From contig PLNT01000040.1 in NCBI GenBank assembly GCA_003141895.1, positions 80,266-144,265 on the forward strand: 64,000 nucleotides of DNA, given 5' to 3'. Positions 29,313 to 39,746 of the stretch are shown piece by piece. Numbering within the stretch: position 1 is the stretch's first letter; every line of letters starts with the position of its first letter. The notes below the pieces were generated by a model. That model saw only the letters and a list, made by a program, of their open reading frames with translations, was not told the DNA's origin and made no database searches. The translations under genes and the position numbers were made by a program. The stretch comes from Bacteroidales bacterium. GTDB lineage: Bacteria; Bacteroidota; Bacteroidia; Bacteroidales; VadinHA17.

Positions 29313-31464
29313 TCCTTACAAGTCTTATTTCTTCTTCTTCGAATTCATTACCCAATTCCTTAATAGCTTCTTCAAGTGAATCAGATTCTGCCTCCTCCCT
29401 GAAATAGGAGTAGATATCGTGCTGACGTTCTTCGTCAATTGTTGAATTAATATAATAATCAAGATTTATCCTGGTTCCTGAATTAACTATTGCTTCAATT
29501 TCTCCTACAAGTTCCCCCATCTCCAGGCCCTTGGCTTCAGCTATGTCCTCAAGAGGTCTTTTCATGTCAATACTCTGAATAATATATACCTTAATTCCTG
29601 ATTTATTGACAACTGATTTAACTACCATGTCGAGTGGTCTGATGATCTCTTTTTCCTCGACATATTTTTTGATTATCTCAATGAATTCCTGGCCGTAACG
29701 CTGAGCTTTCCCTGCTCCTACTCCTGAGATATTCTGAAGTTCATCTATTGTAATCGGATATTGTATTGCCATATCTTCCAGTGAAGGATCCTGAAAAATC
29801 ACAAAGGGAGGGACATCTTTTACCTTTGACAATTTCTTACGAAGATCTTTCAGGATACTGTATAATTCCTCATCAACTGCTGCGGTCCTGGCTCCAAAAG
29901 CGTTTTCTTCGTCAGTTGTGTCAGCATAGTCATGATCCTCTGCAAGCATAAACGATGTAGGGTGCTCGAGGAACTCCAATCCTTTAGGAGTAAGTTTCAG
30001 CAGACCATAATTTTCGATATCCTTTGTAAGGAATTTGGCAATGAGGGCCTGCCGGATAACCATATTCCAGAATTTCTCATCCTTATCTTCACCTATGCCG
30101 AAAAACTCTAATTTATGATGCTTGTAAGATTTGATAGCGGATGTAACTTTCCCTGACAGAATATTTGATATATGATCCGCCTTAAATTTTTCTTTTACTG
30201 CAAGAATCGTTTCGAGTACACTCACAACTGCCTCATTACCTTCAAACTGCGATTTTGGATGCAGACAATTATCGCATGCCTCACAATTTTCTTTCAGATA
30301 TTCTTCACCAAAATAATGAAGCAGAAGCTTTCTCCTGCATACAGATGATTCGGCATATGAAACCGTCTCAAGAAGAAGCTGTTTTCCGATCTCCTGTTCG
30401 GCTATCGGTTTGCCCTGCATGAATTTTTCAAGTTTCAGAATATCATTATAGCTATAATAAGCGATACAGTTTCCTTCGCCACCGTCACGTCCGGCCCTTC
30501 CTGTCTCCTGGTAATATCCTTCAAGGCTTTTAGGAATATCATAGTGAATAACGAAACGAACGTCTGGTTTGTCAATTCCCATCCCGAAGGCGATAGTAGC
30601 TACAATGATGTCGGCCTCCTCCATAAGAAACTTGTCCTGATTCATCGTACGCGTTGCTGAATCCATTCCCGCATGGTATGGAAGTGCTTTAATCCCGTTT
30701 ACTTTCAGGACTTCGGCCATTTCTTCAACTTTCTTACGGCTCAGACAGTATATAATCCCCGACTTCCCCAGGTTGTTCTTTATATATTTAATGATCTCCT
30801 TGGTAACGTCCTGTTTTGATTTGACCTCATAATAAAGGTTAGGCCGGTTAAATGAAGACTTGAAAACATCCGCATCGAGAATGCTCAGATTCTTTAGAAT
30901 ATCATGTTGTACTTTTGGTGTGGCAGTAGCTGTAAGAGCTATGATTGGTGATCGTCCAATCATATCTATTATAGGTCTTATTCTCCTGTACTCAGGTCTG
31001 AAATCGTGGCCCCATTCTGAGATACAGTGAGCTTCATCGATAGCATAAAACGAAATGTCTATATTCTTTAGAAACTCTATATTTTCCTCTTTGGTAAGTG
31101 ATTCAGGTGCAACATAAAGAAGTTTTGCTTTCCCCGACAACACATCTTTTTTTACCCTGGCAATTTCCGTTTTTGTAAGCGATGAGTTGAGAAAATGAGC
31201 CACATCATCATCTGTACTGAAGTTTCTCATCGCATCTACCTGGTTCTTCATAAGAGCAATCAAAGGTGAGATCACAATAGCTATTCCCTTCTTCATAACA
31301 GCCGGCAACTGGTAACAGAGCGACTTACCCCCACCTGTTGGCATCAATACAAAAGTATCCCTCCCAGCAAGTACATTCCCTATAATATGCTCCTGATTAC
31401 CCTTAAAGGTATCAAAACCAAAATACTTTTTTAAGTAATCATGTATGGTAGAATCATTCAACAT
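29284..31464 (-). CDS. recQ: ATP-dependent DNA helicase RecQ
   Basis: PTGGGKS, DEAH, QETGRAGRDG, Zn site CRR...CEACDNC, RQC and HRDC domains. Confidence 0.96.
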   Translation of the reverse strand: MLNDSTIHDYLKKYFGFDTFKGNQEHIIGNVLAGRDTFVLMPTGGGKSLCYQLPAVMKKGIAIVISPLIALMKNQVDAMRNFSTDDDVAHFLNSSLTKTEIARVKKDVLSGKAKLLYVAPESLTKEENIEFLKNIDISFYAIDEAHCISEWGHDFRPEYRRIRPIIDMIGRSPIIALTATATPKVQHDILKNLSILDADVFKSSFNRPNLYYEVKSKQDVTKEIIKYIKNNLGKSGIIYCLSRKKVEEMAEVLKVNGIKALPYHAGMDSATRTMNQDKFLMEEADIIVATIAFGMGIDKPDVRFVIHYDIPKSLEGYYQETGRAGRDGGEGNCIAYYSYNDILKLEKFMQGKPIAEQEIGKQLLLETVSYAESSVCRRKLLLHYFGEEYLKENCEACDNCLHPKSQFEGNEAVVSVLETILAVKEKFKADHISNILSGKVTSAIKSYKHHKLEFFGIGEDKDEKFWNMVIRQALIAKFLTKDIENYGLLKLTPKGLEFLEHPTSFMLAEDHDYADTTDEENAFGARTAAVDEELYSILKDLRKKLSKVKDVPPFVIFQDPSLEDMAIQYPITIDELQNISGVGAGKAQRYGQEFIEIIKKYVEEKEIIRPLDMVVKSVVNKSGIKVYIIQSIDMKRPLEDIAEAKGLEMGELVGEIEAIVNSGTRINLDYYINSTIDEERQHDIYSYFREEAESDSLEEAIKELGNEFEEEEIRLVRIKFLSEMGN

Positions 31465-31829
31465 AGTATTCCAAAAAATGAATTATTTAGTCAACTGAAA
31501 GATCTTTACTTTTTACAGTTTATATAAAGTTAATAAATTTCCAGATCATATAATATTTTTAAGAATTAATTAACAAAAGTGTTAAAGTGTTAAATAATTA
31601 GGACAGCTACTATAATCAATACCGTTTGCTGGAAATCAAAAACATAATCCGGATATTCTGAGCGATAAAATATTAACAAACTGAACAGCTGTCTGTTCCG
31701 CAGTTATTGATATAACAGATTTAATATAGGTTTCAAACTTCATAACACTAAAAGATTAATATTGTTTTGCTAAATAAGATTTATCATCTTTACAGGCTGT
31801 ATTTTTAAATGAAATTAATTCAGGTGTAA

Positions 31830-32702
31830 ATGGCAATATTTGGGAAAAAAGGGAAGAATGGTGAAAAGGAAATGTCTTTCCTGCAACATCTCGAGGAATT
31901 AAGATGGCATATAATCAAGTCTATTTTGGCTATAGTATTCTTTATGATTATAGCCTTTATTTTTAAAAATATTCTTTTCAATGTAATCATTCTTGGTCCT
32001 AAAAGCCCCAACTTTATAACTAACCGGTTGCTTTGCGAACTTGGGAATTATATTAATACACCTGCTTTATGTATTAATACCAAGCCTTTGAATCTAATCA
32101 GTATAAAAATGTCGGGACAGATCACAACTCATATTACAGCTGCCATGGTTGCCGGGCTGATCCTTGCTTTCCCTATTATACTCTGGGAGTTCTGGCAATT
32201 TTTTAAACCGGCTCTTAAACCTAACGAGGCACGGTATGCAAAAGGGGCAGTGCTCGCAGCATCAGGTCTGTTTTTTGTTGGAGTCCTGTTCGGATATTTT
32301 ATGCTTGCACCTCTTTCAATACATTTTCTCAGCTCATATGAAATTGATCCCTCTGTCGTCAATCAGATTAACGTAAGATCATATATAGGTACTCTTACAT
32401 CAATATGTCTTGCCACAGGACTAGTTTTTGAACTACCGATTATAGCCTTCTTCCTGACCAAGATTGGCATTCTTACACCAAAATTTATGAGACAATACAG
32501 GAAGCATGCAATTGTTGTCATTTTTATTATCGCTGCAATAATTACTCCTCCCGATGTATTCTCCCAGACTTTAGTTGCTATACCATTACTCATTCTTTAT
32601 GAGGTAAGCATTTTTATTTCTGCCAGGGTTGTGAAACAAAAAGAGAAAGACCGCAGAGAATTTTTCGGAGAGGATGAAAAAACTGAACCAGCGACTTCAT
32701 AG
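31830..32702 (+). CDS. tatC: Twin-arginine translocase subunit TatC
   Basis: MSFLQHLEELR, FELP, AAIITPPD. Confidence 0.95.
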   Translation: MAIFGKKGKNGEKEMSFLQHLEELRWHIIKSILAIVFFMIIAFIFKNILFNVIILGPKSPNFITNRLLCELGNYINTPALCINTKPLNLISIKMSGQITTHITAAMVAGLILAFPIILWEFWQFFKPALKPNEARYAKGAVLAASGLFFVGVLFGYFMLAPLSIHFLSSYEIDPSVVNQINVRSYIGTLTSICLATGLVFELPIIAFFLTKIGILTPKFMRQYRKHAIVVIFIIAAIITPPDVFSQTLVAIPLLILYEVSIFISARVVKQKEKDRREFFGEDEKTEPATS

Positions 32703-32711
32703 TATATTTAA

Positions 32712-33437
32712 ATGAAACTATTTACAGAAAATCTTGTAAAAAAATATCGCAGCAGAACTGTTGTCGACCAGGTTTCTGTTGAAGTTGAGCAGGGTGAAAT
32801 TGTTGGACTGCTCGGACCAAACGGAGCGGGGAAAACAACAACCTTTTACATGATTGTCGGTTTAATAAGACCAAGAGAAGGAAGGATATTCCTCGATGAT
32901 GAGGATATCACCACACTTCCTGTATACAAACGAGCCAGAAAAGGTATTGGCTATCTTGCACAGGAAGCATCGGTATTCAGAAATATGTCGGTAGAGGATA
33001 ACATTCGGGCAGTTCTCGAAATGTCGGGTTTCCCTAAAATTGAACAGGAAGAACGGCTCGAAACGCTCCTGGTTGAATTCGGTTTACAAAAAATAAGATT
33101 GAGCAAGGGGATACAGCTATCAGGTGGTGAAAGAAGACGAACCGAGATTGCGAGGGCACTGTCACTGAAACCTAAATTCATCTTACTTGATGAGCCGTTT
33201 GCAGGAGTTGACCCGATTGCGGTTGAAGACATACAGGAAATCGTTTCAAAACTCAGGGAAAAGAATATAGGAATTCTTATTACTGACCATAACGTCCACG
33301 AAACCCTTTCAATCACCGACCGTGCTTATCTGCTTTTTGAGGGACGCATCCTCAAATCGGGCACTTCTTCACAGCTGGCAGACGATGAACATGTGAGAAG
33401 AGTTTATCTTGGAAAGAATTTTGAACTGCGCAGGTAA
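32712..33437 (+). CDS. lptB: LPS export ABC ATP-binding protein LptB
   Basis: [39 protein letters not shown]-terminus. Confidence 0.95.
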   Translation: MKLFTENLVKKYRSRTVVDQVSVEVEQGEIVGLLGPNGAGKTTTFYMIVGLIRPREGRIFLDDEDITTLPVYKRARKGIGYLAQEASVFRNMSVEDNIRAVLEMSGFPKIEQEERLETLLVEFGLQKIRLSKGIQLSGGERRRTEIARALSLKPKFILLDEPFAGVDPIAVEDIQEIVSKLREKNIGILITDHNVHETLSITDRAYLLFEGRILKSGTSSQLADDEHVRRVYLGKNFELRR

Positions 33438-33441
33438 TCAA

Positions 33442-33472
33442 TTTGTTTTCATAATAAATTATTATACTTTTG
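33442..33472 (+). promoter_or_regulatory. Bacteroidota sigma-A promoter for tRNA-Leu/tig
   Basis: TTTG (33442-33445), 19 nt spacer, TACTTTTG (33465-33472). Confidence 0.7.
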
Positions 33473-33486
33473 CGGGGAATTTTACC

Positions 33487-33569
33487 GCGGATGTGTCGTA
33501 ATTGGTAGCCGAGCAAGACTTAGGATCTTGTGTCTTCGTGACGTGGGGGTTCGAGTCCCTTCATCCGCA
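33487..33569 (+). tRNA. tRNA-Leu (anticodon TAG), CCA not encoded
   Basis: Acceptor GCGGATG/CATCCGC, anticodon arm CAAGA-CTTAGGA-TCTTG, long variable arm, T-loop GGTTCGAGTCC. Confidence 0.95.
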
Positions 33570-33579
33570 CAAATGTGTC

Positions 33580-33623
33580 AAGCCGCCCGAAACCTTTTGA
33601 AAGTGAGTTTTGGCGGTTTTTTT
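33580..33623 (+). terminator. Terminator-like hairpin after tRNA-Leu
   Basis: AAGCCGCC...GGCGGTT followed by a T run. Confidence 0.55.
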
Positions 33624-33648
33624 AACAGGACAATAAACAACAAATAAT

Positions 33649-34998
33649 ATGAACATTACCAGAGAAAACATTGATGATCTGAATGCTGTTTTAAAGGTCA
33701 AGATCGAAAAACCCGATTATGAAAAAAAGGTAGAAACAGTACTAAAAGATTACAGGAAGAAAGCAACAATAAAAGGATTTCGTCCAGGAATGGTACCAAT
33801 CGGTTTGATAAAGAAGATGTATGGAAGAGCTGTTGAGATAGACGAAATCAATAAGGTAGTCACCGAAAACATCCAGAAATATATTACTGATGAGAAAATT
33901 GAAATTTTAGGTGATCCGCTTCCGAAAGCCGATGAACAGGAGAAAATCGATTTTGAAACTCAAACCGATTTCACTTTTTCTTTTGAGCTCGGACTAAGTC
34001 CCGTTGTTGACCTGAAACTCTCCAAAAAGAATAAAGTAAATGAGTATGAAATTCTCATTGACGAAAAGATGAGAAAGGACTACATGGAAAACTATACCCG
34101 CCGGTATGGAGAATTGAAAAAGGCCGACATCATTGAGGAAAAAGATGTAATTAAAGGAAAAGTTGAAGCTATTGATACCACGGGAAATGTTATTCCCGAA
34201 GGACCTTCTGTTGACGAGACCTCAATTGGAGTGGATATTATTAAAGTAGATTCGATAAAAAAAGAGTTTATTGGGAAAGGGTTAAATGATTCGGTGGATT
34301 TCGATCTTAAAGCTGCATTCCCTAACGATAGTGAGATTGCCGGTATCTTACATAAGAAAAAAGAAGAAGTGCCCGATCTTCCTTCAAATTACAGGTTTAC
34401 TATTCACGATATAAGCAGGTTTCATCCTGCTGAACTCGGAAAAGAGCTCTTCGACAAAATATTTGGTGAAGGAGTCATAAACACTGAAGAAGAGTTTATG
34501 AAGAAGATTGAAGAAGAGATAACTGTTAATCTCAAACGCGAATCCGATTACAGGCTTATGATAGATATTAAAGATCTGGCAATGGAAAAAACCGACTTTG
34601 CACTTCCTGAAGAGTTCCTGAAGAAATGGCTTCTCAGAGTTAATGAAAAGACGACCCAGGAACAGATTGATAAAGATTTTGACAATTTCAGAAAAGACCT
34701 GAAATGGCAGTTGATAAGGAATAAAGTTGCCCGCGATAATGATGTAAAGATCAGTGAAGTTGAACTGCAGAAAGAGGCTGAAAATATAACCAGATATCAA
34801 TTCCAGCAATACGGATTATTCTATGCTACCGAAGAGCAAATTAGCAATTATGCCAAAGAGACTCTGAAAAGAGAAGAAGATGCAAAAAGAATAGCCGATA
34901 AAATACTTGACGAAAAAGCCCTCGCATTGATGAAAGATCTTGTAAAGCTTGAAAATAAGAGCGTTACAGTTGAAGAATTTAATAAACTTTTTGAATAG
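33649..34998 (+). CDS. tig: Trigger factor
   Basis: GFRPGMVP ribosome-binding signature; upstream of clpP-clpX. Confidence 0.95.
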   Translation: MNITRENIDDLNAVLKVKIEKPDYEKKVETVLKDYRKKATIKGFRPGMVPIGLIKKMYGRAVEIDEINKVVTENIQKYITDEKIEILGDPLPKADEQEKIDFETQTDFTFSFELGLSPVVDLKLSKKNKVNEYEILIDEKMRKDYMENYTRRYGELKKADIIEEKDVIKGKVEAIDTTGNVIPEGPSVDETSIGVDIIKVDSIKKEFIGKGLNDSVDFDLKAAFPNDSEIAGILHKKKEEVPDLPSNYRFTIHDISRFHPAELGKELFDKIFGEGVINTEEEFMKKIEEEITVNLKRESDYRLMIDIKDLAMEKTDFALPEEFLKKWLLRVNEKTTQEQIDKDFDNFRKDLKWQLIRNKVARDNDVKISEVELQKEAENITRYQFQQYGLFYATEEQISNYAKETLKREEDAKRIADKILDEKALALMKDLVKLENKSVTVEEFNKLFE

Positions 34999-35068
34999 GA
35001 ACAGTTAGTTCAAATTGATTTATTTTTATTTTATTATCTTTGCATCTTAATTTTTAATGTAAAAAAAT

Positions 35069-35749
35069 ATGAATATTCTTGACGATTTTGGAAAGTTTGC
35101 AAGAAGTAAACGCGGAGTAAGCAGTACTGGCTTGCACAAATATACTTCCGTTTTTAGCGATAGTTATATCTCACCAACAATTATAGAGGAACGACAATTA
35201 AATGTGGCATCAATGGATGTATTTTCGCGTCTTATGATGGACAGGATAATCTTCCTTGGTTTACCTATAGATGATTACGTTGCCAACATTATCCAGGCAC
35301 AATTATTATATCTCGATTCAGCAGATCCTGGAAAAGACATTCAGATCTACTTTAATACTCCGGGTGGTGGTGTAAATGCAGGACTGGGAATATACGATAC
35401 TATGCAATATATTTCCGCCGATATAGCAACAATTTGTACAGGTATGGCAGCTTCTATGGGAGCAGTCCTTCTTACCGCCGGGAAGAAAGGAAAAAGATCA
35501 GCTCTTAAACATTCAAGGATAATGATTCACCAGCCTATGGGTGGTGCAGAAGGGGTTGCTTCTGATATTGAAATCACTGTTCGTGAAATTGTAAAACTAA
35601 AGAAGGAACTTTACGAAATAATCGCTCTTCACTCGGGAAATACTGTTGAGAAAGTTGAGAAAGATTCTGACAGGGATTATTGGATGACATCCCAGGAGGC
35701 TAAGGATTATGGTATGATTGATGAAATTCTTCAGAAGAATGTTAAATAA
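35069..35749 (+). CDS. clpP: ClpP protease proteolytic subunit
   Basis: DVFSRLMMDRIIFLG, GMAASMG (Ser), MIHQP (His), DRD. Confidence 0.97.
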   Translation: MNILDDFGKFARSKRGVSSTGLHKYTSVFSDSYISPTIIEERQLNVASMDVFSRLMMDRIIFLGLPIDDYVANIIQAQLLYLDSADPGKDIQIYFNTPGGGVNAGLGIYDTMQYISADIATICTGMAASMGAVLLTAGKKGKRSALKHSRIMIHQPMGGAEGVASDIEITVREIVKLKKELYEIIALHSGNTVEKVEKDSDRDYWMTSQEAKDYGMIDEILQKNVK

Positions 35750-35755
35750 CAGCTG

Positions 35756-36970
35756 ATGGATAAATGTTCATTCTGCGGCAGAACAAAGAAGGAAGCCAAC
35801 ATGCTTATTGCAGGCCTCGAGGGCCATATTTGTGACCATTGCATTGAGCAGGCCCATAGCATAATGAACGAAGAATTAGGTGGTAAAAAGAATGTTCAGT
35901 TTGATACCATCAATCTTCTTAAACCTGCAGAAATAAAGAATTTTCTCGACCAATACGTTATTGGTCAGGATATGGCAAAGAAGATAATCTCTGTTGCTGT
36001 ATATAATCACTACAAACGGCTGATGCAAAAACCCGATGCAGATGACATTGAAATCGAAAAATCAAATATAATTCTTGTAGGTGAGACAGGAACCGGGAAA
36101 ACCCTTCTTGCACGCACCGTTGCAAAAATGCTGCATGTTCCTTTTACTATAGTGGATGCAACTGTACTCACTGAGGCAGGATATGTCGGTGAAGACATTG
36201 AAAGTTTGCTGACCCGGTTGTTACAGAATGCAGATTATGATACTAAAGCTGCTGAGAAAGGTATTGTATTTATAGATGAAATCGATAAGATAGCAAGGAA
36301 AGGAGATAATCCTTCGATCACCCGTGATGTATCAGGGGAAGGTGTACAACAGGGACTTCTGAAGTTACTTGAAGGCTCAATTGTAAATGTGCCTCCACAG
36401 GGCGGTCGCAAGCATCCGGAACAAAAAATGATCCCTGTCGATACTAAGAATATACTTTTTATCTGCGGTGGAGCTTTTGAAGGTATTGAAAAGAAAATTG
36501 CCCAACGGCTTAATACTCAGATCGTAGGTTACGGAGCTTCAAAAAACCGTGAAAGGGTCGATAAGACAAACCTGCTTCAATATATTGCTCCACAGGATCT
36601 CAGATCTTACGGTCTGATCCCCGAAATAATAGGCAGGCTACCGGTTCTGACACATCTTAATCCGCTTGACAGAGAAGCATTAAGAGCAATTCTGACAGAA
36701 CCAAAAAACGCACTGGTGAAACAATATATCAAATTGTTCCAAATGGACAATATTGAACTCACCTTTGCAGATGGTGTTCTTGATTATATTGTTGACAAGG
36801 CTATAGAATTCAAGCTGGGTGCTCGTGGTCTCAGATCAATCTGTGAGTCGATTATGCTTGATGCCATGTTTGAAATGCCATCTGTGGATACTAATGAGCT
36901 CGAAATAACAACTGATTACGCCGAACATAAGCTTGAAAGAGTGAACCTGAAGGTTTTGAAGGCATCCTGA
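35756..36970 (+). CDS. clpX: ClpX ATPase
   Basis: CSFCG zinc domain, [12 protein letters not shown] pore loop, RKHP, GARGLR. Confidence 0.97.
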   Translation: MDKCSFCGRTKKEANMLIAGLEGHICDHCIEQAHSIMNEELGGKKNVQFDTINLLKPAEIKNFLDQYVIGQDMAKKIISVAVYNHYKRLMQKPDADDIEIEKSNIILVGETGTGKTLLARTVAKMLHVPFTIVDATVLTEAGYVGEDIESLLTRLLQNADYDTKAAEKGIVFIDEIDKIARKGDNPSITRDVSGEGVQQGLLKLLEGSIVNVPPQGGRKHPEQKMIPVDTKNILFICGGAFEGIEKKIAQRLNTQIVGYGASKNRERVDKTNLLQYIAPQDLRSYGLIPEIIGRLPVLTHLNPLDREALRAILTEPKNALVKQYIKLFQMDNIELTFADGVLDYIVDKAIEFKLGARGLRSICESIMLDAMFEMPSVDTNELEITTDYAEHKLERVNLKVLKAS

Positions 36971-36995
36971 AATTTAAATCAAAATTAAAATATAG

Positions 36996-37028
36996 GAGGG
37001 ACATTAGACATTAGTTGTCCCTTTTTTT
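36996..37028 (+). terminator. Intrinsic terminator after clpX
   Basis: GAGGGACA...TGTCCCTT plus T run. Confidence 0.7.
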
Positions 37029-37128
37029 GTGAAATCAATTAACCCTGCACATGTGGTTAAATCATTTCCAAATTACAGGTTATTTCAACTTTAAGACGAA
37101 ACTTTCTCTTGATAAAGCATTATTCTAG

Positions 37129-37283
37129 CCCATGGAGATCCCTCACTTCGTTCGGGATGACAATTTATGTGATTCATAAAAGGGGGAAGGGTTGGCGATT
37201 TGCTCGGCAAATCGCCAACCCTTCCTCTCCCCTTCCTTTTCACCCAAAACCAAATGTCATCCTGAGCGAATCGAAGGATCTCC
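37129..37283. repeat. About 155-bp structured MITE/REP-like repeat, copy 1 (copy 2 at 44420-44568)
   Basis: Terminal IR GGAGATCCCTCACTTCGTTCGGGATGACA / TGTCATCCTGAGCGAATCGAAGGATCTCC; internal hairpin GGAAGGGTTGGCGATTTGC-tcg-GCAAATCGCCAACCCTTCC. Confidence 0.9.
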
Positions 37284-37329
37284 CGATACCTATAGTTTAC
37301 ACCCGTCCCTTCAAATTACACATACCAAA

Positions 37330-37818
37330 TTATTTCCTCCGTTTATAGATTGTGTATGTATATGGTATACCTACACTTCCAATTGCCTCAAATTCTTCTT
37401 CCTCTGATATTTCCCATATCTTCATATCTATTTCAGGAAAATAGATATCGGCTGGCGCCTTCCTGTGAACATGTGTAATGAATAACCTGTCCGCAATTGG
37501 CATGAACTGCCGGTAAATGCTTCCACCGCCAATAATAAAGATCTCCTCACCGGGCGTGCATTTTGACAATGAATCTTCAATAGAATATGCCGTAATTGCA
37601 TTATCTATAGTTTCGTGAGGATTATCAGTGAGAACAATATTTTTCCGGTTGGCTAATGGCTTTTTAGGTAACGATTCCCATGTCCTTTTCCCCATTATGA
37701 CTGCGTTGCCTGATGTCAGCCTTTTAAACCTTTTCAGATCTTCAGATATATGCCATAAGAGTTCATTATCCTTTCCTATTCCCCAATCCTCAGAAACTGC
37801 AACTATAATTGAAATCAT
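37330..37818 (-). CDS. folA: Dihydrofolate reductase
   Basis: IGKDNELLW, MGKRTWES, RKNIV, IIGGG. Confidence 0.95.
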   Translation of the reverse strand: MISIIVAVSEDWGIGKDNELLWHISEDLKRFKRLTSGNAVIMGKRTWESLPKKPLANRKNIVLTDNPHETIDNAITAYSIEDSLSKCTPGEEIFIIGGGSIYRQFMPIADRLFITHVHRKAPADIYFPEIDMKIWEISEEEEFEAIGSVGIPYTYTIYKRRK

Positions 37819-37884
37819 ACTTTAAAAATGTTATGTTAAAATCTAAAACCAGATCAATTGTAAGATGCTTATTTTTATCTATTT

Positions 37885-37959
37885 ACCCCCTTTCCTGTTT
37901 CCCCCAAGGGGGAAATGATTATACTCCTTCCCCCGTGGGGGAAGGTTGGGAAGGGGGTA
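37885..37959. repeat. C/G-run palindromic dispersed repeat, copy 2
   Basis: Near-identical to 23766-23844; lies between thyA and folA. Confidence 0.85.
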
Positions 37960-37984
37960 GCGTTTTCATGACATACTTTAAAAT

Positions 37985-38779
37985 TTATACTGAAATATCA
38001 CCTTTTATATGCGGATGGGAAACATAATCCATCAGGGTAAAATCATCAAACCTGAATTTAAGAATATCAGTTATGTCAGGATTAACAATCATCCGGGGGA
38101 GCTTGTAAGGTTCGCGGGTAAGCTGAAGTTTCACCTGATCAATATGATTGAGATAAATATGTGCATCGCCCAGGGTATGAACAAAATCGCCCGGTTTAAG
38201 ACCGGTCACCTGTGCTACCATCAGTGTCAGCATGGCGTAAGATGCAATATTAAATGGTACTCCAATAAAGATATCCGCGCTTCTCTGGTAGAGCTGACAC
38301 GATAATTTTCCTCCGGCAACATAAAACTGGAATAATACGTGACATGGAGGAAGAGCCATTTTATCAAGGTCCCCGACATTCCAGGCACAAACAATATGAC
38401 GTCTTGAGTCAGGCGATTTTTTAATTGAACCTATTACATTAGTCAGCTGATCTATTCCCCTCCCATCAACTGCAGGCCATGAACGCCACTGGGACCCATA
38501 GACCGGTCCAAGATTACCCTCCTTATCTGCCCATTCGTTCCAGATATTTACTCCATTATCGGTCAGATATTTTGTATTTGTTTCTCCTGAAATAAACCAC
38601 AATAATTCATGGATAATAGATTTCAGATGGAGTTTCTTTGTTGTAAGAAGTGGAAAACCTTCTTCAAGATTAAACCTCATCTGATACCCAAATACACTGA
38701 CTGTTCCCGTTCCGGTTCTATCTTTCTTTTCAATTCCCGTGTGCATTACATGATCAAGCAGATCAAGATATTGTTTCAT
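37985..38779 (-). CDS. thyA: Thymidylate synthase
   Basis: DRTGTGT, MALPPCH, YQRSAD, GDAHIY. Confidence 0.97.
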   Translation of the reverse strand: MKQYLDLLDHVMHTGIEKKDRTGTGTVSVFGYQMRFNLEEGFPLLTTKKLHLKSIIHELLWFISGETNTKYLTDNGVNIWNEWADKEGNLGPVYGSQWRSWPAVDGRGIDQLTNVIGSIKKSPDSRRHIVCAWNVGDLDKMALPPCHVLFQFYVAGGKLSCQLYQRSADIFIGVPFNIASYAMLTLMVAQVTGLKPGDFVHTLGDAHIYLNHIDQVKLQLTREPYKLPRMIVNPDITDILKFRFDDFTLMDYVSHPHIKGDISV

Positions 38780-38829
38780 TTGAATTTATTCAGGTGGTCT
38801 TCTTTATATTTTTTGTGCGAGGGTTAATC

Positions 38830-39420
38830 CTATCTCTTCTTTCTCTTGGCAATCTCGTCTCTCAATGAAGCAGCGCGTTCGTAATCTTCTGTTTTGATAG
38901 CTTCATCAATCATTTTATACAATTCCTCATCTGAATATGTATCATATTTTGTTTTTTCGGGCTCAAAAAAGTTTTCGACCTCATTTACTGATGATAATTC
39001 GCTGTCAGTAGGATTAACTGTTATGCCTGCTTTTTTGATGATATCTTCGGTTATGTATATCGGGCATCCGAATCTTAATGCAATTGCCACAGCATCAGAT
39101 GTACGGCTATCAATTGAATATTCCTTCTCTCCATTATTACAAACCAGTTTTGAGAAGAACACCCCCTCTTCAAGTTTATAGATCATTACCTCTATCACAG
39201 AAATATTAAATTCATCTGCAAATTTTTTAAAAAGATCATGGGTTAATGGCCGGGGAGGATCGAGATTCTCAAGCTTGATCACAATTGCCTGCGCCTCAAA
39301 GCCTCCGATGATAATAGGAATACGCCTGTCCCCATTTTCCTCAATCAAAATCAAAGCGTAAGCGCCTGATTGAGTTTGGCTGTATGAAATACCCATTACT
39401 TTTAGCTTGATTCTCTTCAT
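38830..39420 (-). CDS. Bifunctional nuclease family (DUF151) protein with C-terminal UVR domain
   Basis: IPIIIGGFEA, RPLTHDL, DSRTSDAVAIA, EDYERAASLRDEI. Confidence 0.9.
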   Translation of the reverse strand: MKRIKLKVMGISYSQTQSGAYALILIEENGDRRIPIIIGGFEAQAIVIKLENLDPPRPLTHDLFKKFADEFNISVIEVMIYKLEEGVFFSKLVCNNGEKEYSIDSRTSDAVAIALRFGCPIYITEDIIKKAGITVNPTDSELSSVNEVENFFEPEKTKYDTYSDEELYKMIDEAIKTEDYERAASLRDEIAKRKKR

Positions 39421-39622
39421 AACAATTATTTATGAACCCAGGAAATAGTCTTTTAACTGCTTTTGACAAATATAAAGATATTAGCCCTAACACATGGAGT
39501 GAGAATATTCTTTTTTATTCACATCCTTACAATAAATTCCCCTCTTTGTTCAATAAAAGGTCGCGTAAATAATCCAAACCCGGATTTGATTAGCATTTGT
39601 AATAATAAAAAGGTTCTATTGG

Positions 39623-39652
39623 TTTGTAAATATTCTAATTTTTATATCTTTG
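39623..39652 (+). promoter_or_regulatory. Bacteroidota sigma-A promoter for rplU-rpmA
   Basis: TTTG (39623-39626), 18 nt spacer, TATCTTTG (39645-39652). Confidence 0.7.
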
Positions 39653-39746
39653 CAGTCCAATTTTGGATAAATCCGAAGGGGCAAATGAAAGTTATATGAT
39701 CAAATGATTGTATGCGCCTCACGGAGTAACGTAAAAAAAAGATAAG

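Noticed and set aside
31465-31829. Hidden gene, ncRNA or remnant in the recQ-tatC divergent spacer
   Set aside because: AT-rich, no ORF of meaningful length and no convincing structure or homology visible by eye.
33487-33650. Prophage or island integrated at tRNA-Leu
   Set aside because: Flanked by lptB and tig; no integrase and no duplicated tRNA 3' end seen.
37109-37407. ORFs 37109-37348 and 37192-37407
   Set aside because: They are translations of the palindromic repeat and overlap folA antisense; no protein-like motifs.
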